64,000 nucleotides of DNA from an uncultured Desulfosarcina sp. (GTDB taxonomy: Bacteria; Desulfobacterota; Desulfobacteria; Desulfobacterales; Desulfosarcinaceae), in NCBI GenBank assembly GCA_963674945.2, contig CAXXWQ010000003.1, positions 1,120,001 to 1,184,000 of the forward strand, read 5' to 3'. This document shows, piece by piece, positions 29,295 to 38,551 of this stretch (positions are counted from its first letter, which is position 1; the number at the start of each line of letters is the position of its first letter). Made by a program: the position numbers and the translations under genes. A model generated the notes under the pieces. That model searched no databases. It was not told where the DNA came from and saw nothing but the letters and a program-made list of their open reading frames with translations.

Positions 29295-29378
29295 GATAGG
29301 AAAGAAAAGATTCGATGGTTCACTGGTAGCGTTCTTATTTCTTTGGGACTTCGTTTGGCGTTCATGGAGTGTAGATAG
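29295..29378 (+). pseudogene. 3' remnant of a LysE-family translocator
   Basis: Manual translation RWFTGSVLISLGLRLAFMECR-stop resembles a LysE C-terminus; precedes an attC. Confidence 0.5.
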
Positions 29379-29399
29379 GCAAAAATTGATCTACGATTT

Positions 29400-29460
29400 G
29401 CACAACCACCTGCCGGTGCGGACGCAAAAAAGCCGCGCCCGCTGAAAAGCAACGTTATGC
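29400..29460 (+). other. Integron attC site
   Basis: GCACAAC ... GCGGACGCAAAAAAGCCGCGCCCGC ... GTTATGC; R''/R' nearly complementary, 61 bp. Confidence 0.75.
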
Positions 29461-29530
29461 CGCAAGCATTTGCGGCAGAAACGTGCACAATCAGGAAACG
29501 GGAATCGGGTCGCCGTAGTTTGGTCCGACC

Positions 29531-29602
29531 CGGGCCGGGGAAAACTCGCATGCACGGTTCATAGGGGATTTGGGGCCGGTAACAGCCCCCGGTTACCCGG
29601 CG
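29531..29602 (+). mobile_element. Group II intron 3' remnant (degenerate domains V-VI)
   Basis: GGGCCG..GGGAAAACTCGCATGCACGGTTC ATAGGGG..GGGGCCGGTAACAGCCCCCGGTTACCCG resembles the DV/DVI consensus. Confidence 0.6.
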
Positions 29603-29628
29603 TGCTAAAATGACTCGATCATGGTGTT

Positions 29629-30099
29629 ATGGATTCGCAGATTAAATACCACAGAATGGTTCAAGGAGATGAAACCAAGGTTTCTGCATTTATCTCGGCT
29701 GTATTCAATGAATACGTGGCTCCAGCGTTTTCGCAAGATGGCATCGATGAGTTCATGAAATATATCAAACCCGATGCAATAAAAAGTCAGTTAAAGGAAA
29801 ATCATTTTGGGTTCATTGCAGAATTCGGGTCAAAAATTGTTGGCATTATAGAAGTACGTAATAACAATCATGTTGCTCTGTTTTTTGTGGACGGTCGCTT
29901 TCAGCGAAAGGGAATAGGTAAAACTCTTATGCAAAGCGCCATAGAATTGTGCTGTAGCAAGAATTCGGAATTTTCAAAAATGACAGTCAATGCATCCCCA
30001 AATTCAACAACGGCATATGAAGCAATGGGCTTTAAACCAACTGACGCTGAACAATGTAGTAATGGCATCCGCTTTGTTCCTATGGCTATGCACCTATAA
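29629..30099 (+). CDS. GNAT N-acetyltransferase (cassette-like)
   Basis: LFFVDGRFQRKGIGKTL, TVNASP..AYEAMGF; stop codon overlaps CTATAAC (R''). Confidence 0.9.
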   Translation: MDSQIKYHRMVQGDETKVSAFISAVFNEYVAPAFSQDGIDEFMKYIKPDAIKSQLKENHFGFIAEFGSKIVGIIEVRNNNHVALFFVDGRFQRKGIGKTLMQSAIELCCSKNSEFSKMTVNASPNSTTAYEAMGFKPTDAEQCSNGIRFVPMAMHL

Positions 30100-30100
30100 C

Positions 30101-30205
30101 AAATCGGGACGGATATCGAGATAGGGAGTAGCATCACGGCGCCCCCTCCCACACCCACACCACCCCGGCATACGGATCACGTACCAAGGCGATTCGGCTG
30201 ATCAG
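30101..30205 (-). mobile_element. Group IIC-attC intron 3' remnant inserted at an attC R'' box
   Basis: Minus strand reads CAGCCGAATCGCCTTGGTACGTGATCCGTATGCC..GGTGG..TGTGGGAGGGGGCG..GTGATGCTACTCCCTATCTCGAT ATCCGTCCCGAT then TTGTTA: class C DV/DVI, antisense to the cassette; no RT ORF. Confidence 0.8.
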
Positions 30206-31101
30206 GAGGGACATGTCAGGACTTCGTCTGTGTGATTCCTCCGTGTATACATCTCCCTGTTTCGGGAGTCCCGGCTCGTTTCCACCAAAACCACCTCGAC
30301 TCGATTTTCGACATAAGAGATTGTATTGGAAAGTGACGCATCAATGTCTCTTACGTATATAGTCTTGCTGCCGGATGGAGAAAATGGGCTTTCTGAGAGC
30401 AATGGATTATATCGACATGTCACGTGTGGTTTGGGTAACTACATGATACTATCTTCCTATGAGAGAGAAATAACTGCTCATTTCGAAAAGTGTGCAACTG
30501 AAAAATTGAATCGCCGAACAACGTCTTTCTGATTGTAAATGGACAAGAAAAAAGCACCTATGGTCGGTGCGGTAGCTATTTTGGCAGCAAAATCCGGGGG
30601 GGGGAAGAAGTATAGTGTGCTATTGCAGCAGATCTCACTATCGCTGCTCAGGTGATTGTCTCATTATCAAAAAAGCTACTGGACGCAGAAGATGCCAATC
30701 GTAATGCGTATGCAAGGACAGACTTGACCCGGAGTGCGGTCCTTTTTTTTATTATTGACACGCTTCAACTGCTTCTAATATATGTTTTCGGCACTATTGG
30801 CAGGGCGTGGCAAATAGAAACCGAATTTGGTTTGTGCCAGGTCTTACCGTGAAGTAACGAGCGAAAAAAAACATATGTTAGGTGAACAAAATTCGATCCA
30901 TGCCCCTTCCTGGAAAACCACACAAGGAAATTCCGCCTCACCGTTCATCAGGGAAAAAAGTGTAGTACCTGAAAAACTGTCGAACAAGGCTGGAATAATC
31001 GCGAAAACTGATCCGGTATCAATCTGCAGCTCACACAGGGTATTGAAACCAGTCAGGGCGGATCGTGATGTATCGATCTATTTTTATGGGAAATATGCCA
31101 T

Positions 31102-32559
31102 ATGAAAGAAGTCATGAACACATGTGTCAAAAAACTGCTGACGGCAATAACAATCGCAGGCGTCCTTTTCTGCAGCGCATTTCAGGCAACCGCTTCTACT
31201 GCAGAAATTACACTCAGTTTCGCTGAAGCATGGCGGCAGGTTGCCGCTCAAAACGATACCCTTGCTGCGGCAAGAGCCAACCTCGAACGGGCCAAACACA
31301 AGCAGGATGCGGCCAAAAATTTGTACCTCCCTGAAATCGGGGTATCCGGCAGGTATATGTACCTCGATGACGATATTACGCTTTCCCCGGCGGATCTTTT
31401 TGAAAGTATGCCCGCCGGTGACCAGTTGGCATCCATTGTTGCCGTCCTGGCACAGGATCTTGGCATGACCGCGGGTGAAGTAAACAATGCCCTCACCGCA
31501 ACGATCGTCGAGCGCGACCATCTGACCAGCGCGATCAGTGCGCAATGGCCCATTTATGCCGGGGGAAGAATTGATGCCGCCCAGGACATTGCCAGGGGCC
31601 AGATGGAAGAGGCAAGCAACCACATGAAAATGAAGGTTGAGGAGCAGTTTAAAAACCTCGCACGATACTATTTCGGGGTTGTCTTAACGAAAAGAGTGCT
31701 CGCCACCAGGATCGATGTCGAATCCGGACTGAAAAAACATTTTGATCATGCGGTTCTCCTTGAGGAAGAGGGACAAATTGCCAAGGTCGAAAGAATGCAG
31801 TCGGAGGTTTCCTATGACAAGGCAATCGTTGAGCGCCGAAAGGCGGGTCGCGACTTGGAAATTGCCAGGTTGGCGCTGACAAAATTGTTGAAAAGCCCGC
31901 AAACGGTGAACCCATCGGATTCACTTTTTATCAATAATACCATCCCTCCCTTGACCGTCTTTATGGATAAGACGCTTGGAAACTATCCCGGCCTCGGCGT
32001 TCTCGATTCCAAAAAGGAACAGGTGTCGGGTCTGATCGCCATGGAAAAGGGCAAATATCTTCCGGAAGTGGCGGTCTTCGGCAATTACAGCCTCTATGAG
32101 AAAGACATTCTGGCGACCAAACTTCTTCCTGATTGGGCCGTGGGCGTCGGTGTAAACATCCCCCTCCTCGAAAGATCCGGGCGTTCCGGAAATCTCAAAG
32201 CCGCCAAAAGCATGCTAAAACAGATAGACGCCTTGCAGGTTCAGGCCCGAAGCGACCTTTCCGTGCTGGTTGAAAAAAGATATCGACAGGCAGAGCAGGC
32301 TCTTGAGGAGTATATGGGGCTCGGATCAAGCTTGAAACTGGCGGAAGAAACCATTGATCTGCGGGCGAAGGCATTCAGCCAGGGGCTTTCAACATCTCTT
32401 GATGTGGTCGATGCTGAGATGTTTCTGGCAGGAATTAAGACCCAGAGGGCCGTAGCTGTTTACAATTATGTCGTCGCCCTGGCGAATCTCCATGCGGTCA
32501 GCGGTGAACCGGAGAATTTTTTCTATTATCAAAGTGCAAAAGGAACAGAGGTACGGTAA
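31102..32559 (+). CDS. TolC family outer membrane efflux protein
   Basis: Signal peptide, two OEP repeats (YLPEI..PIYAGGRI; YLPEV..IPL), GLSTSLDVVDA. Confidence 0.92.
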   Translation: MKEVMNTCVKKLLTAITIAGVLFCSAFQATASTAEITLSFAEAWRQVAAQNDTLAAARANLERAKHKQDAAKNLYLPEIGVSGRYMYLDDDITLSPADLFESMPAGDQLASIVAVLAQDLGMTAGEVNNALTATIVERDHLTSAISAQWPIYAGGRIDAAQDIARGQMEEASNHMKMKVEEQFKNLARYYFGVVLTKRVLATRIDVESGLKKHFDHAVLLEEEGQIAKVERMQSEVSYDKAIVERRKAGRDLEIARLALTKLLKSPQTVNPSDSLFINNTIPPLTVFMDKTLGNYPGLGVLDSKKEQVSGLIAMEKGKYLPEVAVFGNYSLYEKDILATKLLPDWAVGVGVNIPLLERSGRSGNLKAAKSMLKQIDALQVQARSDLSVLVEKRYRQAEQALEEYMGLGSSLKLAEETIDLRAKAFSQGLSTSLDVVDAEMFLAGIKTQRAVAVYNYVVALANLHAVSGEPENFFYYQSAKGTEVR

Positions 32560-33536
32560 TGCGTTTTTTCAAAACCTTTCTGGTTGTTATCGTTATCGTT
32601 GCCGGCGTAACCTGGCTCAGCTACACCTTCTGGTATGCGTACAAACCCAAACCACTCCGATTACAGGGCCAGATAGAGGCACAGCAGTATAATATCAGTT
32701 CAAAAGTAGCCGGTCGCATCGATCAGGTCTTTGTCCGCAAAGGCGATCTGGTTAAAAAAGGACAGCTTATTTTCACCATCCTCAGTCCGGAAATCGATGC
32801 GAAACTGGCGCAGGCGCAGGCCGGAAAATATGCTGCCGACGCCCTTGCGGAAGAAGCCCGGATCGGGGCAAGAAAACAGCAGATTGAAGCAAGTCGTGAC
32901 AAGTGGCAGCAGGCCAAGGCCGCTGCCGACCTCATGGAAAAGACCTTTCAGCGGATCGACAATCTGTATAAGGACGGTGTCGTTGCCGAGCAGAAGCGTG
33001 ATGAGGCCTATACCCAGCTCCAGGCGGCTCGTTTTGCCGCCAATGGTGCCTACCAGATGTACAAAATGACGGAAGAAGGCGCCCGCGATGAGACCAAAAA
33101 GGCGGCGGAGGGCAAAGCACGCATGGCTGCAGGGGCTGTGGCGGAAGTCGAGGTGTATGCTGCCGATACCCAAATTGAAAGCTGGCATGACGGTGAGGTT
33201 TCGCAGATCCTCCTGCAAGCCGGAGAACTGGCGCCCCAGGGATTTCCCGTTGTCACCATCATGGATATGAGCGATGGGTGGATGGTACTGCATATCCGCG
33301 AGGACCGCCTGGCAGAATTTCAAAAAGGTGCCGAATTCGATGGCACAATACCGGCCCTTGGTAACACGACCCATCGCTTTCGCGTAAGCCATGTTGCGGT
33401 CATGGGCGATTTTGCTACCTGGCGGGCCACCAATACCGATAAGGGATTTGATATGCGGAGCTTTGAAGTTGAAGCCCGACCGATCAACCCGATTGAAGGG
33501 CTACGGGCAGGCATGAGTGTACTGGTAATAAAATGA
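32559..33536 (+). CDS. HlyD family membrane fusion protein
   Basis: ISSKVAGRIDQVFVRKGDLVKKGQ lipoyl half, coiled coil, DFATWRAT, GLRAGMSV. Confidence 0.92.
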   Translation: MRFFKTFLVVIVIVAGVTWLSYTFWYAYKPKPLRLQGQIEAQQYNISSKVAGRIDQVFVRKGDLVKKGQLIFTILSPEIDAKLAQAQAGKYAADALAEEARIGARKQQIEASRDKWQQAKAAADLMEKTFQRIDNLYKDGVVAEQKRDEAYTQLQAARFAANGAYQMYKMTEEGARDETKKAAEGKARMAAGAVAEVEVYAADTQIESWHDGEVSQILLQAGELAPQGFPVVTIMDMSDGWMVLHIREDRLAEFQKGAEFDGTIPALGNTTHRFRVSHVAVMGDFATWRATNTDKGFDMRSFEVEARPINPIEGLRAGMSVLVIK

Positions 33537-34702
33537 GGGTTCCATCCTTTTCATCTTTGCTGGCCCGGGAATTCAGGACGCTGCGGTGCGATCCCTGGCT
33601 GGTCTCCCTTGTCAGCTGGGTCCCATTACTGCTCTTTTTTATGATGTGGGCCATTTTCTCGCAGGGGATCGCTACGGATCTCCCTCTCGGCGTCGTCGAC
33701 CTGGACAAGAGCAGTATTTCCAGAGCGCTTATCCGCCATTATGATGACAGTCCTACCCTTACAACAGCATCCAATTATCCCGACGTGGGGCAGGGCGCAG
33801 CCGCACTTCGTGCCGGCAAAATCTATGGACTGGTGATCATTCCGGCAAATCTCGAAAAAAGGACGATCCTCGGTCGACCGCCACAGGTGACCGTTTTTAT
33901 CAACGGCCAGTTTTTGCTTGTAGCAAAGATCATGAATTCGGCGCTCGCCCAAGCCCAGGGGACCTTTGCGGCAAAAGTCGAAATCGCTAAGAATCTGGCA
34001 GCCGGATCACCGGTTTTTGAAATGGCGCTTTCCACCGCCATGCCCATCGGCAACCAGATAACCCCCCTTTTCAACATTAACAACAACTATGCCCAGTTCC
34101 TTGTTTCCGCCATTCTGCCTGCCATCTGGCAAATTCTGATGGTGGCGACGACCATTCTCTTTCTGGCTGCCGAACAACGAAGAGACGAATTTGGAGAGGG
34201 GTTGGGAGCTTTCCCGGCCAGCGCCCTGCTCGCTAAATTTCTGCTCTTACTCCTGCTCTTTGGCCTTCACGGCCTTATCTTTCTTACGGTGATGTATGTA
34301 TTTCTCGGATGGCCGATGCACGGTAGCTGGACCTTGCTTATCGTTGCCCAGCTTTTTACGGTGATTGCCAGTATTGGTATTGCCTCCCTGATCTTCTTTT
34401 TAACGCGAGATGTGGTCAGGGGGCTTAGCTTTGCGGCCGCCTATGCTGCACCGGGCCTTGCGTTTATGGGGGTGACATTTCCGGTTACGGATATGACGCT
34501 GCCTGCTAAATTCTGGCGCAATCTTATCCCGATAAGCCATTACGTCGAGATCCAGTTCGGACAGGTAAATTATGGTGCGCCGCTGCATTCGGCCATTCCA
34601 CAATTGCTTTATCTTGGTATTTTTCTTATCCCGCTATTGTACGTCTTCTACAAATCAAGGCAGTTAAGCGCTGTTCATGCAGATCCTGGGGTGAATCGAT
34701 GA
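33533..34702 (+). CDS. ABC-2 type transporter permease
   Basis: TM1, LPLGVVDLDKSSISR periplasmic domain, five C-terminal TMs, GVTFP. Confidence 0.9.
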   Translation: MRVPSFSSLLAREFRTLRCDPWLVSLVSWVPLLLFFMMWAIFSQGIATDLPLGVVDLDKSSISRALIRHYDDSPTLTTASNYPDVGQGAAALRAGKIYGLVIIPANLEKRTILGRPPQVTVFINGQFLLVAKIMNSALAQAQGTFAAKVEIAKNLAAGSPVFEMALSTAMPIGNQITPLFNINNNYAQFLVSAILPAIWQILMVATTILFLAAEQRRDEFGEGLGAFPASALLAKFLLLLLLFGLHGLIFLTVMYVFLGWPMHGSWTLLIVAQLFTVIASIGIASLIFFLTRDVVRGLSFAAAYAAPGLAFMGVTFPVTDMTLPAKFWRNLIPISHYVEIQFGQVNYGAPLHSAIPQLLYLGIFLIPLLYVFYKSRQLSAVHADPGVNR

Positions 34703-35847
34703 ACTGGTGCGATATCTGCAGATATGAATGCAAAGCTGTTTTTACCAATCCCACCGTCCTGCTCACTGTCTTCGGTGGCGTACTGCTCTACACTTTTCTA
34801 TATCCGCTGCCCTACGCCAAGCAGGTCCCGAGGGATCAGCGTGTGATTGTTGTCAATCTGGATGGCAGTCAGCTCAGCCGACGGTTGGAGAGGATGGTGG
34901 ATGCGACCCCTCAGGTACAGCTGAGTGCGCGGGCTTACAGCCTTGAAGAAGCACAAAAGATATTTATCGATGAAAAAATGGCTGGCATTCTCGTTATTCC
35001 GGAAAATTTCTACCGGGATCTTCTTCAGGGCAGGCGGCCTACGATTGCCTTTGCCGGAGATGCCAGCTATTTCCTGGTTTATGGCACAGTGCTGGAAGGA
35101 CTGGCAGGCGCCGGCCAGACACTGGCCGCAGAGGTTAAGATTTCACGGATGGTCATGTCCGGCCAGGTATTGGCCCTGGCAGCGGAACAGTACAGTGCCG
35201 TAAAACTCAGCATCCGCCCGGTATTCAATATAACCATCGGATACGTAAATTATGTAATCCCGGCCGTCTTTATCCTGATCTTGCATCAAACCCTGATCAT
35301 GGGCGCAGGAATCCATAGCGGTGGACAACACGCCTTTTGTTTGATCGAGGGAAAAGTACACCGGCTTGCGGCCGCACCATGGAAACGGCTGGTGGTGCGC
35401 ACCACCCTTTTTGTTGCCATCTATTGGCTGCTTTGCATCTATTATTTTGGTTTCGGTTTCTCCTTTTACAACATTCCGCGCTTAGCAAATTGTTCCGAGC
35501 TGAATCTACTCATCCTTCCCTTTTTACTTAGTACCACCCTTCTTGGTATCAGCCTCGGGTTGCTCCTGCCGCGACGCGAACTGGTGACACTGCTGGTACT
35601 TCTCAGCTCGCTGCCGCTTATCTTCGCCTCCGGATTTATCTGGCCGGTCTCCGAAATACCCCGCCCACTTACTGCCGCCATACAAATTATTCCTGCCATT
35701 CCTGCCATCCAAGCGTTTATTGTCCTGAACCAGATGGGAGCAGCGTTTTCGGAAATTTGGCCTCTCTGGAACCAGCTCTGGTTCTGTGCGGCTATCTATG
35801 GGTGTATCGCCTGGTGGCTTCTCCACAGACAGGCAATATCTCGTTGA
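34699..35847 (+). CDS. ABC-2 type transporter permease
   Basis: Paralogous architecture: VVNLDGSQLSR, GYVNYVIPAV, SGFIWP. Confidence 0.9.
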   Translation: MNWCDICRYECKAVFTNPTVLLTVFGGVLLYTFLYPLPYAKQVPRDQRVIVVNLDGSQLSRRLERMVDATPQVQLSARAYSLEEAQKIFIDEKMAGILVIPENFYRDLLQGRRPTIAFAGDASYFLVYGTVLEGLAGAGQTLAAEVKISRMVMSGQVLALAAEQYSAVKLSIRPVFNITIGYVNYVIPAVFILILHQTLIMGAGIHSGGQHAFCLIEGKVHRLAAAPWKRLVVRTTLFVAIYWLLCIYYFGFGFSFYNIPRLANCSELNLLILPFLLSTTLLGISLGLLLPRRELVTLLVLLSSLPLIFASGFIWPVSEIPRPLTAAIQIIPAIPAIQAFIVLNQMGAAFSEIWPLWNQLWFCAAIYGCIAWWLLHRQAISR

Positions 35848-36020
35848 TTCCCCTCCGATTCACTTGGAATCAGAAATACACACGGCGGCAGTTCCAGACT
35901 CCGGGATGGAAGAACCGAACGGGGTGCAGAAGCGCTTCGCCGGCAGGATGGAGGATAACCTTTTGGACGAATTCGGGGACGGACAGGAAGTGGGAATTGG
36001 TGATGTATTACAGTTTGGAC

Positions 36021-36740
36021 TCATCGACGGTGAAACGTCTTTTCCTTGAGCGCTTCCCAGCGTGAGGATGCCGTTTCAGGCGAACCGGTAAGGAATCGAT
36101 GGGTCTTTTGGACACGCGGATCGAACCGCCAAAGCGGATAGGGCAATCCTCCCAACAATCGATTGAAAAAAATGGCCTCCAAAACCAGAAACAACACCGC
36201 CACGATAACGCCACCGGCTTGAACAGGTCCCTCCAGATACCCCATGGCGGCAATCAAGGCCGTCGCCGCCGCCGGTGGATGTACACATTTGAGACCTACC
36301 ATGGCGATACTGATCGACCCCATGGAAAGAGCGATAGCGATCACACTTGGCCAATTCATCGCCGCCGATGCCGCCTCCCGAAAGTCCGGGAAACATATCT
36401 GCGTCAAGGCCAGTGCCCCCAAACCGCAAAACACCGCCAACGTATGAGACATGATAAGGTGTCGGGGCGAGGCGGATTCGGACAAGGGGGTATGAAAAAG
36501 AATAAATGCCGATGGTCCCAATGGTGGAAAGAGAAGCATCAACTTTGTCAGGTAGGCCATGATGGTGATGGTGGTAAGTGCCGTCACACCCGAAAAGATC
36601 AGGTGAAGGATGGAAAAAATTTTCCGATTCCGGGGATCGTGATGCAAATATTGCAGTTGCAGCTTGGTAAAAAATGCCACCAGACGATAAAACCTGGTGT
36701 GCTGCGGTCCCGTTTGCGGATGCCGGATCACGCGCGACAC
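36021..36740 (-). CDS. HPP family membrane protein
   Basis: PPLGPSAFILF..P.S..ASPR and CVHPPAAATAL. Confidence 0.9.
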   Translation of the reverse strand: MSRVIRHPQTGPQHTRFYRLVAFFTKLQLQYLHHDPRNRKIFSILHLIFSGVTALTTITIMAYLTKLMLLFPPLGPSAFILFHTPLSESASPRHLIMSHTLAVFCGLGALALTQICFPDFREAASAAMNWPSVIAIALSMGSISIAMVGLKCVHPPAAATALIAAMGYLEGPVQAGGVIVAVLFLVLEAIFFNRLLGGLPYPLWRFDPRVQKTHRFLTGSPETASSRWEALKEKTFHRR

Positions 36741-37690
36741 TCCTGCCCGTCTGCTTGTGCATGGCAGATCAGTCGATCCAATGAATCGGTGGCCCTGCCA
36801 TTGGAAAGACCGAAGAGGGAGAGCATCTCACTGAAACCGGTACGTATCGTGTCAATCAATGCAATCCATTGATCCTGCGAAAGATCAAATACCCGGACGG
36901 CAGTCTCGTAGAGACGCAGACGCCGTTTGTCATCCTGCCTTAGAATGCTTTCCGACAAAGCGGCGACGGCCATTGGCACCACGATGGTATCTTCCAACGC
37001 CAGCGTCTCAATTTCCGGTATGGTGAGATTGTGCGCCCCGATGTAACAAACCAGTTCATCAGGAAATCCCCAGGATTGGACAACCCAGGCGCCGGCTTGG
37101 GCGTGGTCCCAACCGAAATGGGCTCTCTCTATTGTGGAAAGACGATCCGGGCCATTTTGCCATTGCCTGCAAATCGGCTCATAATAATCACCCCAGGCAC
37201 TCAGAAAAACCGGAATCGCCACATCCGCGATCAATGACGCCGTAAAGGCCTCATCTCCTTTGCCCTTGCGCCACGTTTCGGCAAAATTTCTCGAAAAAAA
37301 GGCTCGCAGTAGCGAATCAATCCAGAATGCCTCATGATCAAAGATTTCTCTATCGGGTCGGGGAGCGGCGTCCATAACGGCATATGCCATTACCAGTGAA
37401 CGGATCTTTTTCAGTCCCAAAAACATGACCGCCTGCTTGATTTCAGTGATGGGCGTTCTCGGGCTGTAGTAAGAGGAGTTGACCGTCTTAATCACTTTCG
37501 CGGCAATATCGGTCGTCGAAGAAATCAACTTGCCCAGTTCATCCAAATCCGGATGATTTTTGTTGATTTCGACGATAATGCGTTGAACGGCAACGGGAAG
37601 CGGTGGAATTTCGACATCTTTGAAGATGGCGTCGAAATTCCTGCCTGCCATGGCGGCATGGCGTCGCATCTGTTTGAAAAATTTCATCAT
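36728..37690 (-). CDS. HDOD domain protein
   Basis: IPPLP, AKVIKTVNSSYY, AVMFLG, AFTASLIADVA, ERAHFGWDHAQAG..WGFP; HD replaced by AD. Confidence 0.88.
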   Translation of the reverse strand: MMKFFKQMRRHAAMAGRNFDAIFKDVEIPPLPVAVQRIIVEINKNHPDLDELGKLISSTTDIAAKVIKTVNSSYYSPRTPITEIKQAVMFLGLKKIRSLVMAYAVMDAAPRPDREIFDHEAFWIDSLLRAFFSRNFAETWRKGKGDEAFTASLIADVAIPVFLSAWGDYYEPICRQWQNGPDRLSTIERAHFGWDHAQAGAWVVQSWGFPDELVCYIGAHNLTIPEIETLALEDTIVVPMAVAALSESILRQDDKRRLRLYETAVRVFDLSQDQWIALIDTIRTGFSEMLSLFGLSNGRATDSLDRLICHAQADGQECRA

Positions 37691-37972
37691 CTATCCTGCC
37701 TCTTCGTGATGGACGTTACTAACCTATCGCCATTTATACGAAAACCTTTAATGGAACGTACGCCACCGAAGACATAAAGAGCCAAGTCCGGGCTTTTTCT
37801 TGATGGAATTATTGGAGAACTATCAAAATAAAAAATGCTTTGATTATTGGACAGTTTGGTTTATAGGGAAAGTTTTCTTTGTTGGGAGATCAGGGTAACA
37901 CCTGCCGAAAAAACAGCCGGTCAGCACCTTTCAGCGGCTTATGGCACGGCACAGACAAAAGAGATGGGATCC

Positions 37973-38542
37973 ATGAAAACAGAAAAAGTTGGTCAGCGTA
38001 TCCGGACATTTATGGGAAAGCAGGAGATGTCGGTGGACGTTCTTGCCGAGAAAACAGGCCTCGACGTAAGCTTTCTTACCACCGTTATCGAAGACGATGT
38101 CTATCCTTCCCTGGGGCCGCTGCTCAAAATCGCAAAGGCCCTGGATGTTCGATTGGGCACCTTCCTCGACGACCAGATCAGCAATGATCCTCTGGTGGTC
38201 CGGCGCGATGAACGCCAAAATGAACTGAGCATGCTGCGGGGCAAGGACAAGCCCGTGGCATTGAAATTTTATAGTCTGGGCAGCGGCAAGAACGATCGGC
38301 ACATGGAGCCGTTTTATGTGGAACTGCTGCCCGAATCGGAAAAGTCCAAGGACCTGTCCAGCCACGAGGGCGAAGAGTTCATCGTGGTATACGCCGGCCG
38401 GGTGGAAGTGACCTATGGCACCGAAGTCTATGTGCTGGAGCCCGGCGACAGTATCTATTACAACTCCATCGTGCCCCATTACGTGAGCTGCAAGGGGGCC
38501 CAGGCGGCATCCATTTATGCCGTTCTCTACATTCCCCGCTAA
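37973..38542 (+). CDS. XRE-family regulator with cupin domain
   Basis: HTH (PSLGPLLKIAKALDVRLGTFLDD) plus cupin (HEGEEF, LEPGDSIYYNSIVPH). Confidence 0.92.
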   Translation: MKTEKVGQRIRTFMGKQEMSVDVLAEKTGLDVSFLTTVIEDDVYPSLGPLLKIAKALDVRLGTFLDDQISNDPLVVRRDERQNELSMLRGKDKPVALKFYSLGSGKNDRHMEPFYVELLPESEKSKDLSSHEGEEFIVVYAGRVEVTYGTEVYVLEPGDSIYYNSIVPHYVSCKGAQAASIYAVLYIPR

Positions 38543-38551
38543 GGAGGCACC

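Noticed and set aside
30206..31100. Short ORFs and a hairpin upstream of tolC as genes or a riboswitch
   Set aside because: No recognisable protein or riboswitch consensus; only a TTGACA and a short stem.
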